From Trichosphaerium sp. ATCC 40318 (lineage: Eukaryota; Protista; Tubulinea), in the NCBI GenBank assembly GCA_038496445.1, contig JALMLS010000100.1, positions 62,001-126,000 on the forward strand: a DNA stretch of 64,000 nucleotides, read 5' to 3'. The translations under genes and the position numbers were made by a program. The notes beneath the pieces are model-generated. The model was given only the letters and a program-made list of their open reading frames with translations. It was not told the DNA's origin and did no database searches. Shown piece by piece: positions 11,311-25,034 of the stretch. Positions within the stretch are counted from its first letter, which is position 1; each line of letters opens with the position of its first letter.

Positions 11311-13363
11311 TTTAAAATGTACCTTCTCCAACCACGTGTTTGTTTACTTCGGGTTGCAACAAATAGTGACACGAAACGGTGTCTGGCAACACAAGATGAG
11401 GAGCAACTTCTTTTATACACGCGGCTATTGTTTCAATATCTCCATGCCACCTATGTGGTGTAAGATTGCATTATGTATAGTAAAGACGCACCAGTACGGT
11501 ACTGATACGAGGGTGATACCTAAACCAAAAGTTAAAAAACGTGCTTACCAAAAACAGATTAAAAAACTCCGAAAAGTCAAGTAATTGCACCTGCTTCTTT
11601 ACACATTTGGTACTTCTCTGTATCTCTTGCTTTATACACTAAAGAAGGTACGCTATAGCTATATACGCTATCATGGTAATGATGTTCGCCTAGAGGGATT
11701 ACATAGGTTAGTATAAAGGTTTTAATTTAAGGTACGTACCTTGATATTCAAAAGCCAAATCAAGTTCAGGGACAAATACATCAACTGATATTACATTTCC
11801 TGTAAATGTGTCAATAAGATTGCTTTAATACAATTTGTAACTATGCCCACCTGTTGAGTCTCTTATACCAATCAAGTGTTCTTCTCGCACTTCATAAGAG
11901 TGGAATATCGTTTTTACTTGCTCTATTAAACGCCTATTGAAATAATTTAATGCTTGAAGAACTGACCTGTGAGTACCATTGTTTTGTTTTTTTGTAAACG
12001 TCTCCAAGCTTGTTAAAGTCCCATAATATCTCTGGGTACAGCGTTTTAAGAATACCAGGAAAATAGGCTGTAAGACCCGCAGCACCCATATCAGATAGTT
12101 GAGGACCAGAGACACGATACCAAGTAGTATATAAGTAAAAACAAATACACAAAAGTAGTTACCAGTCTTCTATATTGGCTATATTAAGGTTGCCTTCAAT
12201 ACGCTTTATCGTCTCAATAACCTTTGGCATAGATCGCCAGTATCCTTTGACTTTATTATGGTACCTATTGAGAGTCATTGTCTATCATGGTGAAGCTATA
12301 CGCACAAGAATGATTTTTCGTTCCATTTATACTCAGGGAAAATCGCTTGAAGTGTTCCTTTCAGCGTACCACCATACCTAACAAAGGGTAAATAAATATC
12401 ATTGATGTTAAATTGTACCTTTGCGTTAGTCCATACTCGTTTAGCTGGGAAGGCAAAACTTTGTACCAATCAGACATTACTTTAAATCCAAGATCTCTAC
12501 CAAGTTTGTTGTACCATTTTTTATGATTTTGAACATTGTGCCAGTATCTCTTTGGCGCGTGCCTATTTATAAATACTTCTCTTAGGAACAATCAAAAGCA
12601 GTATATGTCACTTACGAGAACTTATAGTCGATCCAATTATGATCTGGATAAACATTTGAGCAGACATTGGATATCGACTTCCCAAATCTACAAAAAAAAA
12701 CCAAATGTCAAATTACATTGCAAAGTGTCAAAAAAATCAAAAATGTTACTTGTTCATAATGCTAATGCCACCAGCTAATATGATCTCGTTTGATGTTATT
12801 CGATACCAATCATCTAGTACTTTAATACCATAGTGCTTCCCAATCGTGTCCATTCTTTGTCTTCGATTTCTTCTACTTTCCCAGTAACCTCTTGGAGCCA
12901 CACTATTTTTTTTGAGTAATTTTTATTTGTTTATTCACAGCCAATTGGTTTTCGTACCCAAACTTCCATGTCATCCAGCTATTAACTGGGTATAATGCTT
13001 GCACAGCCCTTGAGATGGAATTACCGTATCTAAAGTTTATTAAGGGGTATGAAGTCGTTTTATTGCTCGCACCGCGCCAAAGTATCTGCAGCGCCAGCTT
13101 TGATCATATCTTCGTGTGTAATTCTGTACCAATCATCTGGCTTCCGTATACGTAGGTTTGGTACAACCTGCTTATCAAAAAACTCTCTGTCTCGCATTAA
13201 AACGCTCCATTTTGCGTCTAGAGCGGATTTTCGCTTTTCCTTCTTTCCTTTTGACAGTTATTCAACGAAGTGGTCTCATATTGGTTAAAAGAGCGTCTAC
13301 GATGCTCTAAGTACCTTTCCATATTCTTTGTATTTTACTGGCGGCAACGCTAAAGTTAGCCAT
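11311..13363 (-). CDS. Helical-repeat protein (YW..N...DWY repeats) with a C-terminal RAP/PD-(D/E)XK-like domain; both ends uncertain
   Basis: Repeats such as PKRYWHNVQNHKKWYNKLGRDLGFKVMSDWYKV and PRGYWESRRNRRQRMDTIGKHYGIKVLDDWYRI; C-terminal VDVFVPELDLAFEYQGEHHY...GITLVSVPYWW. Confidence 0.75.
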
Positions 13364-13612
13364 CGTAAGTGGTATCCAACAACACTGACACTTATATATC
13401 AGTAAATTTACAGACTGGCATACGCCACATTTATTGTTAAATAGTGTTTTTGCGAAACGTTGACCAACAACTTATTTTCTCAACCACTTTTTTTGGGTTT
13501 TTTTTTTGAGCAAGTTTGTACGGATTGTAGACCAACAAAATGAAAAAAAACTGAACCTGTACAAAGACCAACCATAGGCATACACGATGGGAAACTATTA
13601 ATACAATCCTGT

Positions 13613-16600
13613 TCAGGAGGCAGCCAGACTTGTCAAATACTCGCAAATTTCGTCCATTGTGGGTCTATTAAAGAAACTCAGTAAACAGAACATTTATCGC
13701 ACTGATAGAGGTACCTGTTTTCTGGTTCTTTTTGCCAACATTTCTTCATAAGGTGCTGTTTTGGAACAATCACGTGAGTATAAAATTGTTTGGTTAGTAT
13801 TCGTTACCTGATAATTTTGAGGTGTAGCCTCTGGATCAACGTCTGGTGTAGCAGCCTTATCTCGTATCCGCCGTGCCAAGTCGAGAATATCAATTTCATC
13901 ATTCCATGGCTCACACTCATGGAATACCTCGTACTACCTCGAATTAACATAGTGTATCTAATGATGTTGTTTATCGTACCATAACACATGCAAAACTCCA
14001 AACATCTGATTCTCTACTATACAATTGTCCAAATCTTTCTGGTGACATCCATTTTACTAGTAAGCTATTTAATACTATGTTTGACGAGTATCATATATTG
14101 ACATACTAGGTCCTGTGGTGCTCATTGTCTTCCCTATAGAATCTTCTGAACCGACAAGGCGAGATAATCCAAAATCAGAAATCTTTGGTACTTTGTTCGT
14201 GTCTAAAAGCACGTTTCCTAAATGGTATTACTAAAATAGTTTTGGCGCAGTTTTTAAAAGGAATGTAATTCTTACTGGCAGCGAGGTCCCTACAAACATG
14301 AATTAGAATGGTAAATTAGGTTAAAATACCTTACCGGTGTACTATCCCTTCTTTGTGTAAATGAAGCAGTCCGCGAGAAATACCCAAAAGTATATTTTCT
14401 TTTTCAGGTAAACTCAGCTTCTTACTCTCGTCCTTAGAAAATAGTAACGTATCCAGAGACCCTCCTTTATGCATGTTAAATTAAATAAGTACAAGAGTTT
14501 GTTACCTGGCATGTACTCCATAATGAGCATATAAATATCATCTTTTACTGAAAACCCAAAAACCTACACCAAAAAACATTAAGCACTTCTTTGCGACTTA
14601 AAAAACTTGCCTGAACGACATTAATGTGAGGACGAAGATTAGCCATAAGTTTTGCTTCTTCAACGAAACTATCTGTTGCGCTAAGGTTTGCACAAATCTT
14701 TATTGCGACTTCAGTATATCGCCAACTTCCTTTTCTTACCAACCCATAATTTCCTGTTACAAATATTATGAATAAGGACCTTTTTTTGCTTTCTTGTTCA
14801 CCTGCACCAAGTTTTTGTCCCAGACTAAGCTCCTTGTAGTCTATTAATAAGTCATTCATTGCGCCAGCTTCACGAATTGCCGACTCAAGATGAGATGATT
14901 CATAACTTTTGGTCTTTCTTAGTGGAACAGGAAGAACGCCAGGATAAGCGGCGCCAGAGTCTAATCGCACATGAGACCTTGTTGTTTCTTCACCACCATT
15001 GATACCATTACGAGAAGGCGTTGATAATGGCTCTTCAATAGCAAGTACAAGAGACTTACCGTTAGAGCTAGGTCTACGCCTTTGTGGAGTTGAAGGTGTT
15101 TTTTTTAACTCTAATTCTTCTGAGAGAGATTTGTTTTTCTTCACCTCTTTCAGAGTTCGGCGCTAAAACAAATTAGCTAACAAAAAGTGTCATCCACGTG
15201 CTCTGTATAGGTATCCTAAGACTATAGCAACGCAAGCGAGCAATAAGAATATAATTACAACAGCTATAATAATGCCATCCCTTGAAGAGATATTTCCTTC
15301 ACCAACAGTTGTATTTGAAGAAGGTGTTACTGGCTGCATAGTTGGCATCGCTATATTTGTTTAGAAGAGACAATATATTGTTTTGTGATAAGGTAATACC
15401 TGTTGTAGGAGCAGTTGGTGCTAAAGTTGTAGGAATTGTTGTAGGTCCCTCAGTTGGACTTTGTGTTGGGCTTACGGTTGTAGGTGGTTCAGTACTGGGT
15501 GGTGTTGTTGTTGGCACTAAGGTAGTTGGAACCGCTGTTGTAGGTGCAACCGTTGATGGCTGTATTGTGGTTGGTGGCGCAGTAGGTGGTTCAGTGGGGG
15601 CTTCGGTAGGACTCAGAGTTGTGGGAGGAAATGAAGGTGGAACTATAGATTTAGTTACCAACTGTTTGACAAATCTGACTTTGGTTCCGTACTTGTGGGC
15701 GGCGCTGGAGGTGATGTACATTGGTCTATGGTGATGTTGGATACCATGTTAGATATCGATAATATTGTTTCATTGTCACAAAGAGTATCAACTAGATCAG
15801 CAGGGAGGATTATTTCTGATCTTATTGACATGTCTAAAATAAATGACACTTGGCGTTTAGTTGTATTGACACGTGTTATCTCTACCACTGTTATATTTGT
15901 TAACCGCTCTATCGCGTCTATAAGTTGAGTTTCTACGGTTTTCTCCGTTAAGTTGGTTTGTAGGGTGATGATCAACCGAACCTTTTTAATATTAAATCAA
16001 ATTAATCACGTGTTAGTTCTAACCACGTACTTCGACTGACGCATTCTGAGGCAATGTAGGTGCTACAGTTGGTTGAACAGTTGGCGATTCTGTTGTTGGC
16101 GGTTGTGTTGTTGGTGGAATAGTTGTTGGCGCAAGTGTTGGAGGTTCTGTAGTAGGGGTCGCTGTTGGCGATTGTGTTGTTGGCGGAGTAGTTGTTGGTA
16201 GTACAGGAGGCGAGGTTGTTGGTGCTATTGTTGGTCCGGTAGGTTGTATAGTTGGAGCCATCGTAGGTGCAGGTGGTAGGGAATAATCATCGATAATCCA
16301 CCCTAAAAATTTTCAATTAAACAAACGATATGTTAAAACCATACCTCTTATCACTTGATTGCGAGAATCAACAAAATTAATATTTACATTAGAGCCTGCA
16401 TTCACAGTAACGCCTATTGGTGTATCCATCTCAGCCTTTTTTATTACTTAATAATCGTTTATAAATAATTGAGAGTTCAACGTACTTCGTACCAAGGTAA
16501 CGAAACTTCATCTTTACTGCCCCTAAGATATTAATTTAACAAAATATATCACATGTCAATTCTTAATTTTAGTACCTAATTCCTGAGCCAATCACTGTCC

Positions 16601-17895
16601 ATATCGTGTTATTAGATACATCTAATACGCGAATGACATTGTTACCAGTATCAGAAATGACAACATCGCCCTTTTAGTTCTTAATTAGAAGGTATAAAAC
16701 AGAAATATATAGGATTACATTGGAAAAGAGAGCGACTCCTACAAGGAATACATTAGCGAGTAAAATTCAAAGAAGGAATTAGTATACCCATTGGTCCATC
16801 AAGCATTGCATCCAGCGCACCATCGATTACACCATCACCAGAGTATCCTATAAATGTTATAAAGGGCAGTGGTAAATAAAAAACCTTGTTGCCCGTTGCC
16901 GGCAATAACAGTAATGTTGCCATCCACATCTCCCATTTCATCTAATATCCACATCTTTATAGTATTACCACCAGTGTCGGCGACGTATACACGATCAGTT
17001 CCGTTCATAGAATCAACAACAACACCATTAGGAGAAGTCAAATTTCCTTCTTCAGTTATGTCATATAAGGTAGTATCATTTATGTTCTACAATTGGAGCA
17101 ATTAAAACAAAATAAAGGTTAACAATCGTATTTACGAGATAATAAAGTCTACTATTTTCGTCATCAGTAATATAAAGCCTTTCTGAAACCGTAGAATACG
17201 CCAAGCCGGAACAATTAAAATCTTCCTCCACTAATTTTTTTAACCAAACTTTTCACATCTTACTACTTACGCATATCATTCGGATACAACGTCGCAAGCA
17301 CGGTGTTATTTACGTATCTGATCATACCCACACCTTTATCACAAAACACAGGACCTATACCTTCTATTTCAATAACACCTTAAACACCAATGAGTAAGTA
17401 ACAAAAAACAAAGGTGAAAGGAATGACCTGCTGGTGTGTGTAAACTTGCGTTCGCTGCGAAAGTACCGTCAGGGGAGAATCCAGCAACACCGTTACCTAT
17501 CGATAAGCCTTAACTTAAATCTAATACAACATATTATCGTACCAGCTATTGGAACCAAAAACCCTCCCTTCCTCATACGAACCACGTGATTACCAGTGTC
17601 AGAGTAAATAAAGTTTAGAACGTCAGTGTTGAACATCCCTGCTCGAAATAATAAGGTTTTACGGATTTTCTCTCTAACGTACACGTGGGATTTCTAACTG
17701 GCGTGGGAACAACAGTGGCGTCGGGATCAAAACCTAACGAGAGTGTGAAACAGATATTTCTCCTGCAAATAGCTAAAGTGCGTTATTTTTTTCTCACGTG
17801 CCTTCTTCGCCTGTTCCAAAGATGCGCCCTTGGTTCTGTGATAAAACTACAGTAATCATGTAGTATAGAATTAATATATACTTATTACGAAGCAT
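13613..17895 (-). CDS. Receptor tyrosine-kinase-like (TKL) kinase: signal peptide, NHL repeats, Pro/Thr stalks, TM helix, kinase domain
   Basis: YSDTGNHVVR, YVADTGGNTIK and ISDTGNNVIR repeats; PTT-rich blocks; TM helix near 15210-15280; GxGNYG, VAIK, HRDLAARN, SDFG, DVWSFA, CWQKEPENRPTM; stop 13613-13615. Confidence 0.9.
15400..16280 (-). repeat. Two mucin-like PTTxxP coding repeat blocks
   Basis: PTEAPTEPPTAPPTT... (about 15400-15640) and PTIQPTGPTIAPTT... (about 16050-16280), flanking a roughly 100-aa globular segment. Confidence 0.85.
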
Positions 17896-18318
17896 AATGG
17901 CGCAAATTATCAAATATTTCGTAGTGTTTTTAGAAGACACATTAGTCGTGTATTTTGGAAAGGGTTAAACCTATCAAAGTCAACTTTAAGTTATTTCACT
18001 TAACACTCCACCAGATCGATCATCATACGAGTGCCTTAACACAAAGTAAGCTATGATGTCGTCATACACCACTTGCCTTATTGTAGACAGACAATAAGTA
18101 GACGCAATTGTAGTCTGTCATAAAAATCACGAAGAATAAAAAGTCAAGAACCTGAAAAATGGGTAAAGTGTTCCCGCGATATACCAAGCCTGAACATACT
18201 GCAATATTTAAAATCACTTGTATCCTATTTTACCCTCTCTATCTCATCATAATACACCACTACGCCTTGAATTTATCTTACAATCATTGGTTTTTAGTTT
18301 ATTTTCTTCATTGTTGTT

Positions 18319-21300
18319 TTAAAATTGTTTTGAAGACTTATCAAGCTTTGTTTCTCTAGAATAATCTGCTCCATCAAAACCATCATCCCAATCATCGTCT
18401 TCTCCCCAACCATCATCATTCCATGTATCTTGTGGCTCCACTACAACGTCCCTTACACTAGGTTTCTTTACAGTATGTGCAGTGGATGCAGTTTTTTTAG
18501 GTCGAACCACTCGCTCTTTAACAGGTTCAGGGACAACCTCAGTAAACTGATCTGCGTCTAAAGAGTCCAGTGAGTAAGTAGTACTAAATTCGAAAAAAAA
18601 AGAAAAACGGTTAAAGCTATTATCGTACCATCCCAATCGTCGTCATCGTCTTGCCATCCGTCGCCCCAAGAATCATCAGCCTTAGGGTAATCATTTGATT
18701 GTACTGCCTCTTTAGTAGGTTCTGAAAATTGACGTCTATCAGATGAGTAACTAGGCGTTGGTGCCGTATTATCGTATTTTTTCGGAGATGGATAACTCTC
18801 TTGTCTCACTGGCTCCCTCACTGGTTGTGATGTAGCAGCTGTTTGTTGTGTAGCACTTTGTGTACCCTTTGCTCCCGTAGTAGTTGACAACTAAAGGTCT
18901 TAGTCTAAGCAAACAGACAAAGAAAAATCACGCACCTTAGATGTTATAGCGTTAAATGCCCATGTTACAGTATCCTGTCGTGCAACTTCCTCCTCTTGTA
19001 TCGCTTGTGGTATATTATCAACATGCTTTTCTATACTCGCTAGAATCTCTTTTGTAGTTGCTATAGCTTCTTTCCTTACATTAACATCTGGATCAATCGT
19101 GGCAATAGATATAGACGGAATAGCACGTGTAGCTTTATCCCTATCATTAGCCTTAGTATCAGCACAGAACCAAAACGGGTATTACCCGTAATTAGTTTTC
19201 AAACAAGAATGAACTACAAAGCACAAGCAAAAGTATCAAAAAGTAAATAGATGGCTGACGCAAACGTTTTCAAAGGAGAGAAAGAAAAATCTGCGGAAAA
19301 ACCCAAAAACGTACTTCAACGTGAGCATATCTATTGACTTTGTAAAAGCACGTAATCCAGCAAGCCTTGACCGTGCGTATGGGTCCTTAAGTGCTCTAGA
19401 GAAAGCCAATACAAGAATCTTATCTCTTGTAGGTTGATCAAGGTATTGTGCAATATCTGAAATGACTCTGGTTGTTTCTTCACGAATACTAGGTACTTCG
19501 TCCATTTGTAATTTAGCCAACCTTGGAAGAACTTCATCCCTTAGTTTAGCGCTTGTCATCTAACAAAGAAAGTACATTAATAACCAACAGTGCAGTGTTT
19601 TCACACTTACCTTAGATGCCAATACTCTTACACCACGTACTGTGTGTTCGCGAAGAGGAGCGCTTTGATCAGTAAAGCCATTAGCCTAATTCAGTTATAA
19701 TTAATAAAAAAAAGAGCGAATATGTCAACACGCACAATGCTTGGAAATATACTAGAGTTTACTAGTTTTGGTGTCAAGTACTCTATAAATGTAGGTAGGT
19801 TCTCTATCAAGTTAATACGCATAGCACGATTATTAGAAGAGAACCACTTGACAATGTGAGGAGTTATTTGTTCCTAGAGGGCCATTGTTAATGAAAATAA
19901 TCAAACGAGTGAGGTAAACAACTTACTTCAAATTCTTCCTTCGTCAAACACTTTGTAATCTTTAGAAGAGGACTGAGTACTTTTGATGTAGCAGATCCAA
20001 AATCAAGTGCATTAACAAGTAAAGGTAGTATTTTACCTTTACAAATATTGTTAGGAAATTGATCTAAAATCCTTGGTAACTTCCTAAACATTAAAATTAA
20101 CAATCCACTATCACTGCATGTTCAAAAAAGAAATTATAAACGGAACTCCCAATATACGGTATTATATGAGAAAAACGTAGGGAACCAGCCCAGTGCGATA
20201 AAATGTAGTAAATTGCATTTCTGTTCTTCGATAAAAAAAGCTGACACTTCGAAATGCCTAGTTGTACACACCTGAAGAAATTATCCTTCTCGTGAGTATC
20301 CTTGACATTGATTTGCTCGAGAAATAGGCACGTATCAATATATGTGTTTTTAAAGTATGATGACTGAAGAAGTGCATCCATTGGTCGCCTAGGCCTTGGA
20401 TTTGGCTTTAACATTCGCACATACTCTTCTCGAAGGCTATGTGGAATAGAATTTGTATCCTTTAATTTAGAACGCTGAGAACTACGTCCTGTACCCTAAA
20501 AAGATGTAAACTACCAATTAATGTGGTTTTGACGCACAGAGAACAAAGCATGCATGAAGCATCCCAACATATACGTATCAATAGCATGTACACTTTGTTT
20601 TGTCAATGGAGCATTGTTGCTTAGTTCCGGAGGCACAATATCATGGTTCATCGCTGTGAGATTAATGTGAGAAGGAACATAGATATGCGCTAGGAAATTA
20701 CCTGGTACTTGTTGTAGGAGTATGCCCTGACGCTTTCTTACAGATTCAATGTCTGTTACATAATCGAAACCGCTAAGCTTCCAATCGCCTAAGCACGTGT
20801 TATTCATACGTACCACGTGGTCAAATGATGATACCTGCTGCGTTTATAAAAACTGTATCCATACTTACGTTCCCGTGTACCAAATTACATTTGTGAAGAA
20901 ACGCAATGCCTTGCTAAGCGAACTGTAAGCGTTCTCTACTTTTTTACGAGATTTTTGAGGTGCACAGACGTTAAAATATGCTACTTTTAGCGTAAATACG
21001 CGATTGAGACGTACAGCAATTTGATACAAGCCAAATGAGGCAGCATTTGGGAAAGAAGACAATTCGTGAATGTATTCTGCCAGTGGGCGTGCCGGTTCGG
21101 TTACAACGAGTAATTTGGACCCGTCAGCGGAAGTTTCGACTTCTGTGGTATGTCTTAGCTGGCAACGTGGTTAAAGTAAAAATGCTTTGTTACCGCTAGC
21201 TTTAAGCAGATATGGGTGCTGAAGTCTTGCTGATTGTTTATAAAAATTCAAACTCAACCCTGGATCCTCTCCCGGCGTCAACACCTTTTCAAAGATAGTT

Positions 21301-21413
21301 ACAGGCTTCCCAGTTGCTCTTTTTGTTGCGCTGTAAATTCTCCATCCAGTTCTAGTGGCACCACGCTCCTCAAGGTCAGTATATGGTAGCTGCGCAGTTG
21401 TTGCGTTACCCAT
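18319..21413 (-). CDS. SCYL1: SCY1-like pseudokinase with HEAT repeats
   Basis: MGNATT; RLQHPYLL; LVVTEPARPL; GLYQIA; GDWKLSGFD; KILPLLVNALDFG; FTDQSAPLREHT; RALKDPY; C-terminal DDDWDD tracts. Confidence 0.9.
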
Positions 21414-21625
21414 CGTTCACCTGACTATTTAGTCAAAAATAAGCAGTTTTCAACAAAACAAGCAGATAATACAATTCAAAGACACTAACAACTGATAACA
21501 ACAACCGAAAGATGACATAATACGAGCAACGTGTTAAGAAAGTGTGCAATCTGGCTACTCTGCGCTATGATGTTAATATCTTTATAGTCGTGTTGGTATA
21601 TTACATTCTTGTTATAAACAGTAAT

Positions 21626-23238
21626 TTAGGTATCAAACGTTTCTTCTACGCATAAACGAGCACGAGGACACAATCCTACACGCGCATTAAACCAAAAACC
21701 TATGCAAACAAAAAAAAAAGATAGCAGAAAATCAACTGCAATGAGCAGCGTACCTAGTTCCTTTAAGGTCCTATCTGGTTCTCCAAATACTTGGCGAGGG
21801 TAGTTTGCTACAACTCTAAACTCACTTTCCGATATATCGGGTTCATGGGCATCGATAAAATCAATAACAAACTAGAAAAAAGAAATAAATATCACACGTG
21901 CAAAGAAGCTAATTACCTGCAACGTCCTATTTTCTTTGAAACGCCGACGAATTAATTGTCCACTTAGAAGCCTTATTGCTAATGTAGTGATATTTGGTTC
22001 GTTTGAAGCAGGTTCTTCAGGTAGTTGTTGGCGTTTTTGTTCCTTTGTTCGCATTTTATCCTATCAACACGTTAGGTTCCAATTTCGCTTGATAATAACC
22101 CTCTCACCCTCTGTTTTCTCTCTTCTTCTTCTTGTTGTCTTTGTATTTCCTCTTCTTGACGACGTAACGCATCTGCTTCTTCTTGCCTTTTCCTTTCCTG
22201 ATTTCTTATCAGTGTGATTATAAGAAGCTTTCTAAGTTACCTTTTCTCTGTCAGCCATTAAAGAGTCTTCGAATGCTCTATTTTGCTCGGCAACTTCACT
22301 TCTTACAACTGCACGACTTTGTGCTTCTTGACTAAACAGAATAAGGACAAAGAGTTAATAACAAAATGAACTACATACCGCGCAGCAACAAGAAGGGCAC
22401 CTTTGTTTTCAAGTACTTCAGATAAACGATTTATCAAGTCATCAGCAGATACATATCCTTATCATTCTGTTTTAGGTACGAACAAGAGCTAATTAACTAT
22501 GACATACCTACGACCTTTTCAATGATTGAAATACCAGCGCCATTAGTGCGATAATTTGCTGGTAGACCACGGAAATTACACAATACAGCAAAATAAGGGT
22601 AGGAACTAAACATCGAAATGTCAGAATAAAAAAAACAAAACATGACGTTTTGTATCCATACCTTGCGCCCAAGTTTACACTTTGCCTGTACCCAACTGCA
22701 TTCGTCAAATCTCCTCCCCATACAACAAAATGCTCTGATAGAAATTCTGATACGGACCGAGTACAAAGTACATCTCTAATACGACGTTTGGTAAAAACAA
22801 GTAAATTAGTTTTTATGTTACCTGCAAAATCTTGGTGTATCGATGTGCGATGGAGAGTGCAAGTAAATCAGCACAAATTTAAACTCATCTTTGGCCCTTT
22901 GCAATGCTTCTCTGTATGAACCTATTCCATCACATGTCAATAGACTCAATTTAAAATAATTTACAAGGAATCCGTAGTTACCCTCCATAAAATCAGGTAT
23001 GTGGTCTCCATAGTTGCGTAGAGTAGACTTTAATTGTTGTGCCGCTTGGATAGGCCCTGCATCATCTAATCACGTTAGCCATCGAAAATACAGTACAATT
23101 CATTACCACCACTCGGGAAAAATGAAGTTAGAGTCCCTAAAACATGTAATGTCAACCCAACGCCAAAAACAGCCATTTTTACGTACCTACAATCGCTGAA
23201 CTGAAACCCCACGCGATATTGGTTAAAAAAGCGAACAT
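21626..23238 (-). CDS. UAS-UBX domain p97/Cdc48 adaptor (FAF2/PUX10-like)
   Basis: PDFMEGSYREALQRAKDEFKFVLIYLHSP; YPYFAVL; LPEEP...IRLLSGQLIRRRF; NYPRQVF...TLKELGLCP. Confidence 0.88.
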
Positions 23239-23662
23239 CCTCTTTGTTTGAGTGTATTATGTGGAAATTGAAGCTACAGTAAAGTGTTAAATACGTTTGA
23301 GTTAAATAATAGGGCAATAACAATAATACCAACCTTCCTAGATGCTCACCAGGCTACAGTATCTATTATAAGGTTACTTAGAAGAACAAAGCGCAATTAC
23401 AGCTGAATAACGCTTTTATAGTTGCTACACAACAAAAAACGTACGTTGGCGTAACGTTTGTATACCCTCAAAGTGCAGTAACAACAAGGGTTCCCAATTA
23501 TTCCTCTGGTCGTAATCTCACCAATGCGAACGGTTATGAGGTTTTAGATTAAAACGGTGACGTGGCTTAACCACTTGAGCTCTTTTTTTCTGAATCAAAT
23601 GTCAAGCCAAATTTTAGCATCTGCGTACGCACAAAAATGAAAGAAATTGCTTCAATCTACTT

Positions 23663-24841
23663 TTATTTTGTTTTCTTGGCTTTAGGTTTTTTATCCTTTT
23701 TATCCTTTTTATTCTTTTTTTTCTTCTTTGGCATTGACAATTTTGTGCGTTCCTTCGCTTCTACACACGATTTAGAACTATCCCACCAATACAAACGTAC
23801 TTTTACGCATAGTCTTTGCAAGTGAGTGAAATTCTGACGCTTGGCTTCACGTGTATATTAGATTTTATACAAACATTCGAAAAATGACATACTTTTCCAT
23901 ATCTTCTGTTGCTGAAGACAACTCGTGTAAGTGTTCACCTCGCTCTTCTAAATTCTATCACGTGTTAGTCCTATAGGAATACTACTTGAAGTTTCATACC
24001 CTAGCAACTTCATCCAACGTCTCTTTTGTGAATGCTAACCCTTCATCATTGGTTTTCTGCTTTTTCTCTTTTTTACTCTTTTTATTCGACTTTTTAGATT
24101 TTTTCTGTTCTGACGCTGGGAAAATATCCATGGCTGAAGGCTTTTGTTTCTTCTTCTTTGATGTGCCTAGTCTTATTTTCTTTGTTAAACTTTTCTTATT
24201 CTTTTTGCTGCTACTTGAAATGTTAGCGTCACGTGACGCACTTTAATACTACCTGGCTGTTAAAGGAGGCAGTGGTATTGTGTCATTTTCACCGTCTTCT
24301 ACAGAGCATTAAACGTTTAGTACATAATATCTACTAACAACCTCTTTCGTGAAAAGCCTTTTTGAAGTCAATTTCTTCATCAGAACTATCAGATGAAAAA
24401 GCGTCACTGTAGCCATCAGAGCTACTTCCTGATTCTGTTGATTGAGAACTATCACCCTACCAATATTTTATTGTTATGTAATTAGTAACCATGATTGTAC
24501 CTCCACTTGAATTAAAGCACTTCTTGGAGCGCCTCTAGCATCTTCAAGCGAAAATGAGGGTGAGGGTGGAGCAGAAACAGGCTCTGTGTCCCGTTTTGTA
24601 CTACTATAGCCTTATTAACAAATAACGGCTTTTAGAATGTACCTGGCGCTTGGAATATCTCGTTTGCTGGCACCGTTGTGTAGTTTTACTGGGCGTTCAT
24701 CTCGTACACTACTATTAGCTTTCGGACGTACCTCTCCATCGTTTCTAATGCGCTGTTACGTATGTTAAATTGATGCTAAACGACTCACGATTTTAATAGA
24801 GCTTGAGCTTCAGCTTTTTCGCTAGAACCACAACACCCCAT
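23663..24841 (-). CDS. MGCC-acylated protein with a C-terminal R-SNARE motif and Lys-rich tail, no TM helix
   Basis: Begins MGCCGSSEK; spliced TKETLDEVARNLEERGEHLHELSSATEDMENQASEFHSLAKTMRKK; ends KKDKKDKKPKAKKTK*. Confidence 0.7.
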
Positions 24842-25034
24842 AGGTATTTACGCAATTGAGCGTTGTGAATTATTGAACGCATTTTTTACTCGACTGAGAC
24901 TTTTCTGGAGCTTTTTTATTTGTACCAACACGTGCGCATAAAATAAATGAAAACAGAACTCAAGCGACCTCAATAGCATTTATTTACAAGGGTCGCATAT
25001 AGGGTGGAAAAAGCCGCCATTAGTTTAAAGTAAA

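Noticed and set aside
15342-15734. Val/Gly-rich plus-strand ORF resembling a membrane protein
   Set aside because: Antisense of the Pro/Thr mucin block of the kinase.
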